Positions 11,398 to 25,330 are shown, counted from the first letter of the stretch. The stretch: 64,000 nucleotides of DNA from Eutreptiella sp. 'Long Island Sound 2002' (GCA_964036045.1 OZ038378.1:164734001-164798000); one strand, 5' to 3'. The notes: a model not told the origin generated them from the sequence alone. Program-made: numbers and translations.

Positions 11398-13262
11398 ATA
11401 TAGGGTGGGGGCGACTTTGTGGGGGGATAATTTTGTGGGAAAATTACGTTTTTAAGAAAGGTGGCGAAATTTTCCCCGGCAAAATGGGTGTTGGCAGTGT
11501 AGTGTAGGTGTTGGACCTTGGGGATTCCCAAGGGTGGTGGAATCCCCCCCCCCCCCCCCCACACCCCACCCCCCCGGCAACAACAACCGAAACACATTCT
11601 GACCCACGGAGGGTAAGAATGAGCTGTGGCGAGAGGCCAATAGGCACCGCCAAAGGCAAACAACTTGGTACCGAGGCCCTGGCATGGGCTAACTGCCCGC
11701 CCAGTCTACCCGTCACATGAAAAAAAACACATTTTTTTTGTTTTTTTTTGTTTTTTCCCCGATTTTTCACTCGTTTTTCCCCGTTTTTGGGTGTTGTTCT
11801 GCGTTTTTTTTTGTGTTTTTCATGTCATTGGAGCCCATGTGCATTGTTGCCCATCACCACAAGTGGCATTTTTCCTCATCTTTGGCAACTTTATCACACA
11901 TTTGTTTTGCAGACATCAGCAATTTGGATAGGTCCATCAGGTCACCCCCAAGGTGTGTGGTCGCAATCGTTCAAGTCCACCGGGTGTTGGTTGTGGGAAG
12001 GGATTGGCAAGGGTTGTTGAGCGGTTGGGTTTGAGATACAAGATGTTGTGGGTGTTTCATTCATGGGAAGGGTTAGATAGGTTTGGCAAGGGTTACAATG
12101 GTGGAAAGTGAAACTACATGCGCAGTAGAGGGGGTCAACGGGCTTGTTTGGTTCAACAGGGCTTTGGGAGGGGCAGGGAACCATTTCTTTCTCTTTGCTC
12201 TTTTGTTCACCCTTTTAGTTCTTCCACCGTGCCATGAGTGTGATTACGCCCCGAATCCGGAGGCGACTGGTGCTGGTTTCCAACCGTAGCGTCGGCCATC
12301 GCCCACTTGAAGGACAAGGGGACGGCTATTTGGCCCACCCAAGTGAGCCGTGCCGCCCAGCAGGGTAGCACTAGGAACGGTTGGTGTTTCCGTTCCACGG
12401 ACCCGACCGCTTCGTGTTTGCTTTGTTTGCTTTGTTTGCAAAATTCATGGGACATTGGGACGTATGGCAAACATTAGACTAAAAATTTAAAATTCCCTGT
12501 ACACCAGTAGAGGCCAAGAATGGCCAAAATTGGGACACTGGGACCTATGGCAAACGTCAGCTTAAACATTTAAAATTCCTGGTACATCAGAGGCCAAGAA
12601 GGGCAAAAATTGGGACACTTGGACGTATGGCAAACATCACACTAAAAATTTAAAATTCCTGGTACACCAGCAGAGGCCAGGAAGGGCAAAAGTTGGGACA
12701 CTGGGACCTATGGCAAACATCATACTAGATTTAAAGTTCCTGGTACACCAGCAGAGGCCAAGAACGGCAAAAATTGGGATACTTGGACGTATGGCAAACA
12801 TCAGACTAGATCCTGGTACACCAGCAGAGGCCAAGAACGGCAAAAATTGGGACACTTGGACGTATGGCAAACATCAGACTAGATTCCTGGATTGTAGATA
12901 CAAAAAAAAGCAAAAAAAACCGGAAAAACACAATGTTGTTGTGCAAAAAAAGTCAAGCAAAAAAAAACATGGTACTTTGGTTCATGGCACCCACTCACCC
13001 TAAGCCCCCCCCCCCCCCCCATACCCCATACTCCCCCCCCCTGAAACCCCCCAAAATGGGCTTTTGGCAGCAAGTTGTGCCCGAAAAAACAACAAAAAAA
13101 CACAAAAAAAACCTGAAACTGAAATTTTTTTTTTTGGACCAACCCGTCAACAGCTTTGGTGACGGGCGTTTAGCCCATGCCTGCCGAGGCCTTGTGCCCC
13201 CCCCCCCCCCCTCGCCCCGAAATTTTCGCTGACAAAATTATCCCCGTACAACCCCCCCCCCC
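11398..13262. mobile_element. Composite foldback/TIR non-autonomous element
   Basis: Inverted block pairs ggggataattttgt (~11422) / acaaaattatcccc (~13232) and ggcatgggcta (~11680) / tagcccatgcc (~13171); T-rich left arm, A-rich right arm. Boundaries approximate. Confidence 0.55.
12448..12890. repeat. ~80-bp minisatellite, about 6 copies
   Basis: Repeated ggacacttggacgtatggcaaacatcagact...attcctggtacaccagcagaggccaagaa...aaaattg. Confidence 0.9.
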
Positions 13263-15639
13263 CCCTCCCTACCTGTAGTGATCCTCACATCACCACAAAC
13301 TTGACCACATCAGGAAGCAACTCTCTGCCAAGCATGTAAGCAACCCCTCTATCTGCGCTCCACAAGCCACCAGAGCCCAACCTCCCAAGCCTGGCACTGC
13401 TCACCCTGCACCACAATGAGATGATGCACATTGTCCCATTCAGCCACATGTGACCTACTGTCCCCATGCTAATGCGGTATTACAGTAGTGTTTGGAGGGT
13501 TGTGGAGTGTGGAGGGGCGGCAACATGGGATTATGGGATTGAAGAGCGCAGGGGATTGCGAAGGGAACGGAAACTTCAGAACAGTTGTCCAGGGGTGCCC
13601 CAGGCGGATGGTTGCTGTTATGCTCTGAAATGGCAAAGGGACTGGGTATGTGCACACGCTCCCTCTTTGGTAGACCTCTCGGCTTAAGCTATGGGGAATG
13701 CTTGCATGACAGCCTCGCCACAGCCCTTCCAAGGCATGTCCCTTCGGAACGGCACGCTGACATTCAATCACGAGCCCGTGCTGATCCTGGATTTCACGAA
13801 GACAACTGCAAACCAACCGAGCACGAGGCGCTGCAAAGCCTCGTACCCCCAAAGCGTCAGTTTCGCAACAGACAGCTTGTGCTGCGACTCCAATGGGCTC
13901 TCATCCTTGCCGCACTCCGGCGCGGGCACTGCTACTCGCGATCCGTTCGCCGGAGGATTCGACAGCTTTTTGGAGAGCGAGAAGCAGTTCAAGAACCCGC
14001 ACCTGAAGGACGTCGGCTGCTGGCTGGACGACTACTTACAATCGTCCCTTCCAAGTGCCTTGAATCCCCCTTGAATTTGGGGTCACATGGGGGCCGCATC
14101 CGAGCCGGCCTGCGGGAGGGTTGCAGGCAGGTGAGAGCGCAACGTAGCGCCAGTTGTTCAGAGGCGCTGGCAACAGCCTGGGTGGCTAAGGCTGAGTGTA
14201 AAGCGGAGCAGAAAGCCGTAGCTTGGCCAGATAGCGACAATGGTCGTTACCATCCGGAATCACACCGAGAAGCCACTCCGTTCCTTGTTCAGCAAGGCGA
14301 GGTGCCATCACGGCGTACAACAGCGTGCAATGGTGTGCCCAGAGTGGTAGGCGCTGGGCCTGCGGGAAGACCGTAGCTTGGCTACTCCATGGGGGGGGGG
14401 CGTTGCAGCGTGCAAAATTTGAGCCCCCCTCCCCGCCCGCTCCCCACATGTTTGCCGATTCAATTTCATCCGAGTCAATCATAACGACCATGTCCCGTTC
14501 AACTTCCGGCGTGGATGGCCTACCCACATCAAAGGACTCCCTCCCTGTGAAACTTCCCATCCATTGGAGGGCTGCTTAGGACACGTGCTTTCTTGGGATT
14601 CGGAGGACACGTGCTTTCTTGTTACCCGAATCCCAACAGACGTCGGGACATAAGTGCCCTTGACCGTTCCTACCTGCACTTCAAGTTGCGAAGCCCATCC
14701 CAGAGTCCTGTATGAGAAAATTTATCCTCACTCCCGCTCTGTCCATTCAATTGGGCTTCACTCTATATCTTTCATGCTTTTGATCATGATCATGAGAGTG
14801 CTGCGCAGCCTGCTCTAGTGGGGGGGGGGGGGGCTGCTCGTTGGCGGGCAGAGGCCCAGGTAGTGAGGGGGGAGCCGCTGCAGTTGCAAGCAGGACAGGG
14901 GGGGGGGGGGGGGGGGTTGTAACACAGCCCCGCCACCAGCCCCGCCACTGCCGGCAGGGCTAGCGGGGGAGCGGCGTCCTCCCAGTGCGGCGTCCTCTCC
15001 CACAGGCAGTGCGGCTCACTCGCGCGCGCTGCTCACGTTCATGTGTGTCCGTCGTCATAGCGGCTGGTCATCGCGCGCTGGCATCCCTGGGGGCCGCTTC
15101 CCCAAAGTCCTTAGTGCTGACATTTGCCGCCACAGCGAGGGCTAGACCAGGGGGGGGGGGGGGGGCTCTTGATGCTGGCTGTGCACAACCAGTCATGCCA
15201 AGAGGGCTTGCACCCCCGCCCGTCATTTATGCGGAGCTAGGACACATCGCCCCGGCCCCCTCCATGACTCGACAACGTGGCCATAGCAACGCCGCCACGC
15301 TCATGGCTTGCGTGGCCGGCGCGGCAGCTCTAGCTAATGAGGCTTCCTCAACGCACCGTGCGCTTGCACCACACGCTTTAGCAGACGTGTCACATACCAA
15401 TGTATTGCACAACTTTTTTTAGACAGGGACGCGGTGGCCCAAGGGGTTTTGTAAAATGATAAGTGCAAGTTGAAAATGTTTGGTGTCATCATGCGGCACA
15501 ACATTGAGGCTCTCAGTCTCAAGACAATCCTGAACGTCGGCTGCTCCACACCCGACGGCAGCGGTAGGCGGCGGGGACGGACAACATTTGGAAGCGGGGG
15601 ACTCCGCGTGCACAATGGGGAAGGTGAACCACTCCACAG

Positions 15640-15800
15640 GGCAATCACAGTAAAGCTGCGTATGGCGTGAGCGCTCGTAGCTAATGGCGATACACTCCGG
15701 GAAGGATAACAGGCCCACAACACTGGCAGGCACACGTTCCCTTGTGGTGCATCTCAAGTAACAGACATTACTACCCGGCACCAAAAGGTCAGCATTCATT
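15640..15800 (-). pseudogene. SH3/Tudor-like domain fragment, probably TE-derived
   Basis: LVPGSNVCYLRCTTRERVPASVVG..IAISY..CPVEWFTFPI aligns by eye with LSIGDRVFYTRS..PVTVVG..LHLEY..ISFAIP at ~47785-47960. Confidence 0.35.
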
Positions 15801-16169
15801 GCCCTGTGTCCTGTGAAAAACAAAGGAGGCAAAACATAGTCACACTGATATTTTCGAATGCACAAGGTGCCTTGCTACCCACTCTTACACCCCGACATTG
15901 ATAATTCCACCCAAACACAACAATTGGCCACCCATTTGTGGGGCTAAGGCTCCTATGACCACTTTTGGGCAACAATCCATGGTACCACCATTCTACGCCA
16001 ACCGGGCTAAAATCGCACCGCATGCCCGCACCGCACGCGAGGCACCCTCAATGCCGTACCGCATATGTTGGCACCGGTCACAAGACGGCGCCCAGTGCTC
16101 CAAGCAGCGGGCCCCCACTGATCCCCGACCCTATCCTGGGCCGCGGCACCTGCGATGCTGCCAGGGGCA

Positions 16170-17020
16170 CGCCCTACGCCAGCATCCGCCGGGGGCACCG
16201 CACATACGGTAGCACCACTTGCCCTCCCTCGGTCGGGCGAGAGAAGTAGCCCATCAAGAACCGCTCTCCCCCTACTAGTCGAAGCCGGGCTGGGACCGGC
16301 AGCCGTTTTAGCCACATGTCTTGGCATTGCACCGCCAGGCGGGGTAGCTGCAACACCATCTCCTCCCGGGCCGTGAAGTAGGGGCGCGCCCGTAGCACAG
16401 CACAGAGGCGCCCACCCAACAGCAGGAGAGAGCAGCATCGGTTGGTGGGCAATCCCCTCACAAGTTGGCTCACTGCCCTGTACCGTTGCACCCACGCGCC
16501 GCTTGACGCATCACCTAGGCCCTCCCCCTTCACAAGGAGATGTGCCCCCCGCAACTTGTGATGCTAGGACGCAGGGAGCGCTCGGCCCATGAAGGCCTCA
16601 TAGTCCAAGGCCAGCTCGACCAAAGGCCTCATAGTCTAAGGCCAGCTCGTCCCAAGAAACGTCACCAGGCCCTGCTGCCACGTCACAGCCCCCACTCAGT
16701 GTACCAAGTTGTTGGCAAAAGCAGGCTCCCACCGCGGCCATCCCAACGGCATGCCAGAACGCATGCAGAGTGGAGGCGCCCGCGGCAAACGCGGCACGGG
16801 GCCGCAAAGGTTGCCCCAAGGGTATTGCCCCTGCGCCCCGAGTTGCAGCACTTTTGGGAAATGCGCGCATCCCGAGTTGTTGCACTCGTCTTGGCACGCT
16901 GCCATGCGCTCCGCCTACCACCAGGTACAAGCGATACAGGCGGTAGAGCAAATCGTCCACCAAGGCCTTACCGAGGCCCTCTGAGAGGCGGAACAAACAA
17001 CAACGGGTCCCCAACACAGG
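16170..17020 (-). pseudogene. Degenerate LINE ORF2 C-terminal fragment
   Basis: GC-rich coding-like segments including STLHAFWH (resembles the zf-RVT H-x-FW motif); frameshifted. Confidence 0.3.
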
Positions 17021-17499
17021 GACCAAAAATGGGGAAAGAGGGGGAGAAGTGGGGGAAAATACGAGAAAACTTTGCCCACTGCACTTGGCGCGCTAACGTA
17101 CTCTGTATGTGTGGTGTAGTGGGGCAGAATTTTGCTGTGGCTTGCAGTTTGCTGCACACTTTGGTAATGTCTGCATACTTGCCAGATAGCGAAAACCTTG
17201 AACAATGAGGGCCACAAGAGCACTGGTGCTTCAGGGACAAGATGGAGGAGGAGATTGCAATGTTCACAATTTTTAGCAACAACTTGGTATTGACAAGCAA
17301 TTTTGGTCCTCACGGGGTGTCAGACAGCAACCCCCCCTCTGCTACAGGATCAAAATTACGAACCTGCCACTTCCATGCACAAGCCCAGGTCACAGAAGAT
17401 GATGGTCAGACAAGGCCTTGCTCATGTGCAACAAGAAAGCGTCACCACATGTTCCAAGCCGAATGTCCTCATCGCCAGTCTGGGGGATGGGTCATGTTA

Positions 17500-17600
17500 C
17501 TTAGCGGTGGCGTGGTGGGATTGGAAACAGGTGGCCCACTACGAGGCAGTGAGGGGGTGCAAAGGAATAACGCGGCTGAGTTGTATGCACGGGAACGTGC
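17500..17600 (+). pseudogene. RNase H remnant
   Basis: GGVVG...GVQRNNAAELYA matches the RNase H QxNNxAEL motif. Confidence 0.45.
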
Positions 17601-19650
17601 ACCGAAGCTTTGCAATTAGTAGTGGTGGCCAAAGGCATTGGCATCTAGCATAGAATCGGTGGTGCAGGGGGCAGCCCCACCCCCCCGCCCCAAGAAACAA
17701 GAGCAGCGGCATTGCCCCTGCCGGGATTCTTTTTGTGCATGGGGAGCACCCCCTCCCTCTGTGGCCCAGAGCCAGCCCCCCCCCCCCCCCCTTGTTTAGG
17801 GGGTGGTCAACAGTCCGGTAGACCTTGTGACCGGACACCCGGGTACGGCCGCCCAATCGGGTCCCGTAGGGAAGGCGGCGCGGACCGTGGGTTGGCAACT
17901 AGGTGAGGCCTTGACCCAACCCAACCCAACCCCCCCTTAGGGGGGTTTCTCATCATCTTCTTCTTCCTCATTTTTGAATCCAGTAACTATTGCGCCGCAG
18001 CCGCTAAGCCAACTTGTGTTCGTCAATGCGGGGCGGCCGGCCAATTTATTGGCACTAGGGCTGACCCCATCCTCCCCCTCAGGGGGGGCAACCCATAGTG
18101 GGGGGCGGCCGGATCGGTTCCATAGGAGGGTGAGCACCGAAGAGACCTAGTCCCAACGTGCTCGTTCCTCTTGGCCGCCGTGCCTCATAGGTGGGGAACT
18201 TGTATGGGGGGAGGGGGCGCCCGAACTCTGCTCGGCCCCCTCCCTCCGCCCTCTACCTTTGTACATAGGCCTACGGACATTAAAAGGAGTTGTACCCGGG
18301 TTTCCCTATTTTCACCCCTTTTCACACATTTTTTGCTCATTTCCAGCACATCCATTGCTTTCGAGGACCCCGAGAAGGTAGGGGTCATGTAGCCATATTG
18401 ATCCCTCCCCACCATGGGGACCCCGAGAAGGCAGGGGTGATGCAGCTATATTGATCTCTCCCCACCACCACAGTTTGTGGGCAGTGCAATGAGAAGTATT
18501 GCGCTGAATGTATTGGCCCGCACACTTGTGGGATGAAGTTGTGCATGTTGCACCATGATTCTGAAATCCTTCTTTACCTCTGTGACCTTCCCATGTTACA
18601 ATAAACCCTCTATTATTTCCTTGGAACACAATTCTAGGCAGGGGTTACGGTTGTCAAATAACAATGCATGAGATCTAAAAGGGCTAGAGGAGGGAGTGAT
18701 GTTTGGTGGTAAAGCATTGGGATAGATGGCGGGAACATTGATTTGGATGCTGGGTGCGCGCCGGGCAAACATACCCTCATACTGCCACAACACACGGCAC
18801 ATCCTGCGGCATCACACAACAAATCATGCAACAACACAGGGCTGTGCTATCTGACCGACCTCACCACCACCCCCCCCCCCCCCCTTGCACCAGCACTGCC
18901 TTGTCCAAGCACGGGAGCCTGTCTGACTGTTGCCTTCCTGAGCGCTTTGTCAGGTTTCCTCTTGTGAGCAAGCGACCTCGTCTGACCGTCGTTTTCTTGG
19001 TTTTCAGTGTGGTTGTGCAAGGGGTGGGGGTTAGGGTCCCCTTGAGAGGTCACTGATTCACGCACCCTGATGCACGCAGGGTACACAGATCGCCCTCAGT
19101 CCTGTGTAGGGGGGGCCTTGCCTCCGCTTTTAAGCCCCGCCTTAGGCTGCGGCAAGGACCCCCTCCGGGATAGTGCTTCTGATGATCTATGGGGATATTT
19201 AAAACAATATCCCCGACAAGTGCCACTGCACTCAGTGCCCAGGGCCTGCCATGGCCTGACGCAAAGCAATGCACCCCATAATAAACCCCATGCGACAACA
19301 GAACACCCGCTTGCAGCATTCAAAGCAGCATTTTGGGTAATTGCAGGCTTGCTGTAGGAGGTGTTTGCAGCGTCTAATATTGCCCATGGCTGATGGTGAA
19401 TAGTTCATGGTGGTCACCATGGTAGCCCCCAATGTGTGTTTTGCTGTGCATTCTCAGGCATCACCCCTTTTCCAGCAGGATGCCAACGCTTGGCACACAA
19501 CCGCAGGTCAACGGCCCCGCATCAAACTCGAAACCAATGTGTGGCCCATGTCACCGCCAGTGGTGTATTGAGACTGAATCCTCTTGCAAACCTGCTGGGA
19601 GCGCAGCCGCCAATGCGTTGTCTGGGGTCCAGGACCTTTTTGCTGCGCCT

Positions 19651-19797
19651 CTGAGCGATCTGACTGAGAACCCCCCCTGAGCGATCTGACTGAGTACCCC
19701 CCGTGAGCGATCTGACTGAGTACCCCCCCGGAGCGATCTGACTGAGTACCTCCCCTGAGTGATCTGACTGAGTACCCTCCCTGAGCGATCTGACTCA
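19651..19797. repeat. ~24-bp minisatellite (gagcgatctgactgagtaccccc), about 6 copies
   Basis: Direct tandem units visible. Confidence 0.9.
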
Positions 19798-20370
19798 CCT
19801 CCCACGTTGGTTGTACCCTCGACCCCCTTGTCCTCCAGCCCCCCTTGTCTTTCAGCTAGGATTGACGTCACGAGGCGCTCTCTCTCTCTCAGGACGTCGC
19901 AAGGCCTAGGAGCTTCGTTGCTTGCCCCTTCACGTAATTATCTTACGACTTGCAGCTTCGTTGCTCCCCCCCCCTCTTTTTCTGGCCATGTGAAGGCAGG
20001 CGTGACTGGAGCTAAGTGGTGGGTCCACACCTGACCTTTTGAGGCGTTTTTTTTGGTGGTTGCCGACAGTGAATGTGCCTCCCTCCTTCGAAACTAACGT
20101 TTTCACTGATAGCCTCTGAAATTTGGGCAGAGTCACAAGCCCTCCCAAAATTGTGACAATTTGTGATCTTGTGTGTGGAAGGTGGTGTCTGGCCCGATTT
20201 TGTCTTTGTAAGAGCAGATTTCCTAACAAATGCGCCCTCCATGAATTGGCAGCAAGCATCCAAGCTCCAGGAACTAACAAAAAGCATCCAAAACCTTGTT
20301 GAAACAACACCAAGCATCCAAATCCCCCAAGGCATGCACACCCCCAAGCATCAATTGGCTCATTTACTGA

Positions 20371-21098
20371 GGGAATGCCATGCACGCAGTGCGCACGCAG
20401 TGCACACGCAGTGCGCACAGTGCAAAGTTTTGAATGTCGGCCAATACTCAGATCCTACTTTTGGCCCCTTTTGACAAGTTTTTGGTTCCATACTGGGGTT
20501 TTTTTTAGCTTCCTATGCATTTGGGATGTGGCACATTTGAATTGTTCCCCTTTGTTGCCAATGTCAACCATTTTTACCCATTTTCCATCCCCCATATTGA
20601 ACTCTCCCCACTATGGGGACCCCGAGAAGGCAGGGGTGATGTAGCCATACATAGCCCGCGGACCTTGAGGAGTTTGTGGTACGGCCTTCATCCCCACCAC
20701 ATCACTGATCTCGCTCGCCATCAACAAGTGTGTCGCGTCCACGCTCAGAATCACCACCGCCCTCCCCTTCACCCTATTCGCGGTCCCCATCACCCAAGAG
20801 ACCACGGACAACGCGTTCCCCGCGCTCCGAGGCAAGGGACACCTCATCGCCGCCTCCAAGAGCGAAGCCACGGGCACCGAAACACTCGAAGCAAGCGGAC
20901 TTTACAAGGCTGAGTGGTTTGTTCATAGGGACAGTGGAGTACCAAGTTGAAGGCAGTTTCGTCGTTCTCATGTGGGCTTTGCTGCTTCGCTGTGCAACCA
21001 GTCAGGCGACAGGTATTCTTGGGTGAGTATCCCGGCCTCTGCGTGCGCAGTATGCACGCAGTGCACACACAGTGCGCACACAGTGCAACAACTTGGCC
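20371..21098. mobile_element. Non-autonomous TIR element (PIF/Harbinger-like), paralog of 28470-29693
   Basis: Begins GGGAATG plus tandem GCACGCAGTGC and ends with the same arrays plus aacttggcc; flanked by (c)tga duplication; subterminal blocks shared with 28470-29693. Confidence 0.7.
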
Positions 21099-22572
21099 TG
21101 AGTAATCCGCCCACCCCAACCTTGACGGCACAATGTCCACCCACCGCGGTATGGGACCCTTGGTTTGGCAACTAAATCATCCCCCCCCCCCCCCAGGGAT
21201 GTCACACAAACAACAGAGCATCGGTCATAATGCGATTGATACCGCCATGGAACGGCTGTGAAGTGAGTGCCAGCATTGCGTCATGGAGGTGGCAGTATAT
21301 GTGCATGTACCCACAGGTTTGTGCTGATTGGAATGCACTGGCTGTTTTGACAGCACACCAAACCTGTTCCCTATCCTTGGCTATCACTGAGGCACACTGT
21401 TCAGATTGTTCATACAAAAGATAGTGGAGCACCCAACCAAGAAGGGGCACGTGAATCAATTTGGAACATTCTGGACTAGCAGCTGAAAGTGTCTATGGCG
21501 GGGACATTCAGTCAATCAGTATCCATCATTCATCCCCCTTCCCCAGGGGCCTTGGAGGGGGGGAGGGGGGGGGTGTCACTTGGTCAACACCAAAATTTTG
21601 TTGCGGGTCATTGTGTTGTCTTGAAGGTCAGTGTGTTTTGAGCCGCTGCCACTTGTATCCGCTGTACTTTGGCAGGACACTTTGAATCACTTTCTCTGAA
21701 CTGGAACGTGATAGCACAACCATGTTTACCCCTGGATCAAGGGTGATATTCATCCGCTCTACAGGGCACCTGCTCTGGCACAGGCGGTTAGCTATTTCAC
21801 AAAAGACATCCCCGAAGGCAAGTGGGTTCCCAAAGTGCCAAGCATCCTGCCAAAAGCCAAAGCACCTGCCCAAAGTATTCCTGTGGAAAGCCACCATGTT
21901 CAGGAGTTCAAGGTCAAATGGACCAAGAAATTACACCAAGCCACTCAAGGAGTAAGTTTCACTACACTGGCAGCCCACTGAACGCATGCATGATTTTTGT
22001 ATCGTTGGCACATTTGCTTTTATTTGTCATTGCGTTTTGACCTTGCCAATATCTGCACACCAACGTCTGTTATGCATCGTTGTTTTGTTTTCCGGTCGTA
22101 TGGTTCACCGGACAGGCTGGCAGTTCAGACAGTGGGGTGCAGTACAGCATGGATATCAGTGTTACTCGGCTGTGGGGGCTGGGGGACAGTGATAGTGGCG
22201 GCTTTAGCACAGATGTCAGTGACACCCGCCGCAAGAGGCCAAGAGTTGTGAGGTCGGGTTGGTGAGGGACCTGACGCTTACCCAATACCCAAAGCACAGC
22301 TGATAATTGGTGTGGCGCCTGACGGCGCCTTGCTGTTATGCACAGACAATGTGTGTCGCGGCTTCGCAGCCTGATACATGAAGTGCATGTCTTATGAGAG
22401 GGCATAGGTTTGTCGGTGGGGACCTATCGCGGGACCTGCCACTGTTTTATGGCCAAGCAACGCCTAGCACTGCTTGAAATATCTGTGGCGGCGCCTCTGG
22501 CGCCGTATTCCTGACAACGTGCTGCGAGAGATCCCGGAGTGATTCCAGAGGGTGACGACCATGGTCGTTCTA

Positions 22573-22905
22573 TGGCCAAGCAACGCCTATGTCCAAGCAA
22601 CACCAGGCGTTGGTTCCCTCGATTTTTGCACCGTTGATTTTGGCGGTGCGTTTTTCAATTGGTTCTACTGTGTGCCATGTGTGCTTCCTGATACCTTGGT
22701 TTTGAGAAGCACGAAGTTCATATTTTGTGTCAGGGCAGCTCTGTTGGCCAAGAGGGCATTTGTAGCGTGTTTTACCTCTTGGTTCTCAGAAAAGTACATC
22801 ATGTCTACACGTGTATCAACCAAGTTGCGGAGCGTAAGCAACACCCTTGTCCAAGCAACACTAGGCGTTGGGACCGTCAATTTCTGGTCATTTACCGCTG
22901 CTTGG
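22573..22905 (+). repeat. ~330-bp unit bounded by TGTCCAAGC hairpin motifs, copy 1
   Basis: Near-identical to 25466-25797. Confidence 0.85.
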
Positions 22906-25089
22906 ACGGGGGGGATTCCTTTTCCCTCGTCTCAGCTGAATATTTGTACCTCCTCTTGTTTCAAACTAATCAGCCGCAACGCAGGTCAGGCCGAAGGAGT
23001 ACCGTGCTTTGCAGCCAGGGGAGCGAGTAGTAACAGATAGACGGGACTGCCACAATGACGCTTTGGATTGCTTTTGTTTGGTTTGTGACAGACTGAATTG
23101 TACATATTTTTATTGGATCTTAAGGCCGCAAGAGCGGCTTTACCTATTCACAAAGAATAGAACACCCCAACCTAAAAGGGGCTGTGCTGTTGTACTATGT
23201 TTGCACTATGGGGGGGCGGCCGGGCCCAGTCCTTGTATTCAACACCCCCCAGCCCCCCCTCCCCCCCTCCCCTCTGGACTTTGAGAGATAGTGGTGCGGG
23301 GGCCATGGCGCCAACGTTGCCGATTTTTTTTTTTTTACATACTCAGTTGAAGGGGGTACTATGTGGTTGGTCCTTGTTCTGCTCTCTTTGAAGGGGTACT
23401 ATGCCTTTGGTCCTTGTTCTGCCCCCTTTGAACAGCCCAGTGACACACCATGGCAACACTTGACCTTGAGAAGTTGCTGAAGTGAGGGGATTGCATGGCA
23501 TTCAAGAAGCACCCCCCCAAAAAAAAATTGGGAACCCCCTCCCGGCCATACCGCCAATCCCCCCAGCCCCGCCAAGGCGACATGCTATCCCCCCCCCCCC
23601 CAACTGCCCCCCGCCAGCACTGCACACTGCCAGCCATCTACAGCAACCCCATTTTGAGCCTACACACTACACACACGACATAGCATAGGACTCAGCAACT
23701 GTATGGCCGAATGAGTGCCGGGGTTTACCGACAGAAACTGATTAGGACGGTAGTTTTATGCATGTAGACAGCGAGTATATTATAGGGCTGTCGTTTCACC
23801 ATGATGCCCGCAACTAAATCGCTATGTTTTGGTTTTCTGCCTGAGGTCCATATAACTGTAGTTTCCGTAGAAACTGAAGTTTAATTCGTTCCCGGGAGCT
23901 GCCGTTGACAGTGTGTTTATACAACATGCATTTGTTCCCTTGTTCACACTTAGTCGATTTTCATAATTGAAATGGAGGGTCCCACCCACCCTCCCTTTGG
24001 ACAGTGTCTATCCCTTGAGATGAGGGACGTTGAACTCGACCAGCGGGGCTGCGGGGCCCCGAGTGGACCGGCATCTGTTTTGTTTTGCTTGCATTGCACT
24101 GTGGAAGGGAGTGTAAACTATGAGTCTCCTTTATGTTCATAGATTTATGCATCCTGTACATAGCATCTCAAAGACTTTCCAACTGTTGCAGTGGAATCAT
24201 GATTGCGCAACTGCCCCCCCGCCCCCCAAGTTTTGTCAGATAACGCGGGGCAGGGGGTGGTGGGTTGCATCAGGACCGGTTGTAGTCGCCCCCCCTCCCC
24301 CCCCCCCCCCCCCCTGGTTTGCACATTCAAACTAATGTCTGAAAGTGTCTATGGCTGGGACATTCAGTCAATCAGTATCCATCATTCATCCCCCTTTCCC
24401 AGGGGCCTTCGAGCACCACACAAACCGCCATAGCAAAGCAAGCACCCGACCCCTTTGCTGCTGCGATGAGCAGCATCTACATCTGGCAGCAGGCAGGAAC
24501 CTTGTGTGTCATCCAGGGGCATTTTGCCATACTCCCCGTCACAATAACACACAACGGGTCACCATTGCGGGCAACCAATCCTTTACCATGTTCAGGTGAA
24601 CAATCACGCCGTCATGCAGTCCAAAGCCTGGGACAGTTGGCACACACACTACACATACAACACCTGGTTTCCTGCTTCCATCCTTTCCAATGCCCTTCCC
24701 ACTGCAGGTTGGGATTCCCCAGCCAATGTGTGCCAGCACGTCCAAAATATTGCCCAGTCACTATGCGCAGTTGCTTATGTCCGAGTAGCGGACAAGAGCT
24801 CGACCATGCTCTTTGTGTGTTGCCGGCAATGGGCATGAGATGCGACAGAACAATTTCTGACATAAGGGAACTATCATCCCCAGGCCCTGGACAATGCACC
24901 GCACATCATGGCTTTGCTGCGCCGCATCATTACACAGAATCGGTAGCCGGCCAACACTTCCAGCACCCCTCCCCCTTCTCTATCTGTTCGGCAAAGCCAA
25001 ATCACTCCTGAAATGCATGATACTGTGGCGACCAATTGCCGCTAATGTAGAACCCCAGGTGCAACGTCACTACTTGCGGATGGTGTCGC

Positions 25090-25330
25090 GAGCACTCGGG
25101 GACTGCATGCGCTATTGCAGCGACAAGAGAGTGAGACGTTGGTGATTATCATGCATTCAGAGTATGTGTACAAGGGGAAATTGGAGTGGCGGCGACAGGG
25201 CTGGCGTTGCTCCACTGGGGAGGTGGGACACTGTGACCTGTGGGAGCAGATTCTGTGGCTCAGGGAGGCACAGGGGGGGCAAAGTACAGTTGTGCTGGGT
25301 TCCGTCGCATCTGGGACTACATGGGAAGAC
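25090..25330 (+). pseudogene. RNase H fragment
   Basis: GLHALLQR..LVIIMHSEYVYKG..WRRQGWR..GEVGHCDLWEQIL and, in a shifted frame, WVPSH. Confidence 0.65.

Noticed and set aside
13691-14074. 127-aa ORF with a coding-like end (EKQFKNPHLKDVGCWLDDYL)
   Set aside because: No recognisable domain or reliable splice boundaries; cannot be supported without transcripts.
21483-21500. ctgaaagtgtctatgg (also ~24339) as a second spliced-leader relic
   Set aside because: Only a short GTGTCTAT core matches, the T tract is missing, and it is part of a dispersed repeat.
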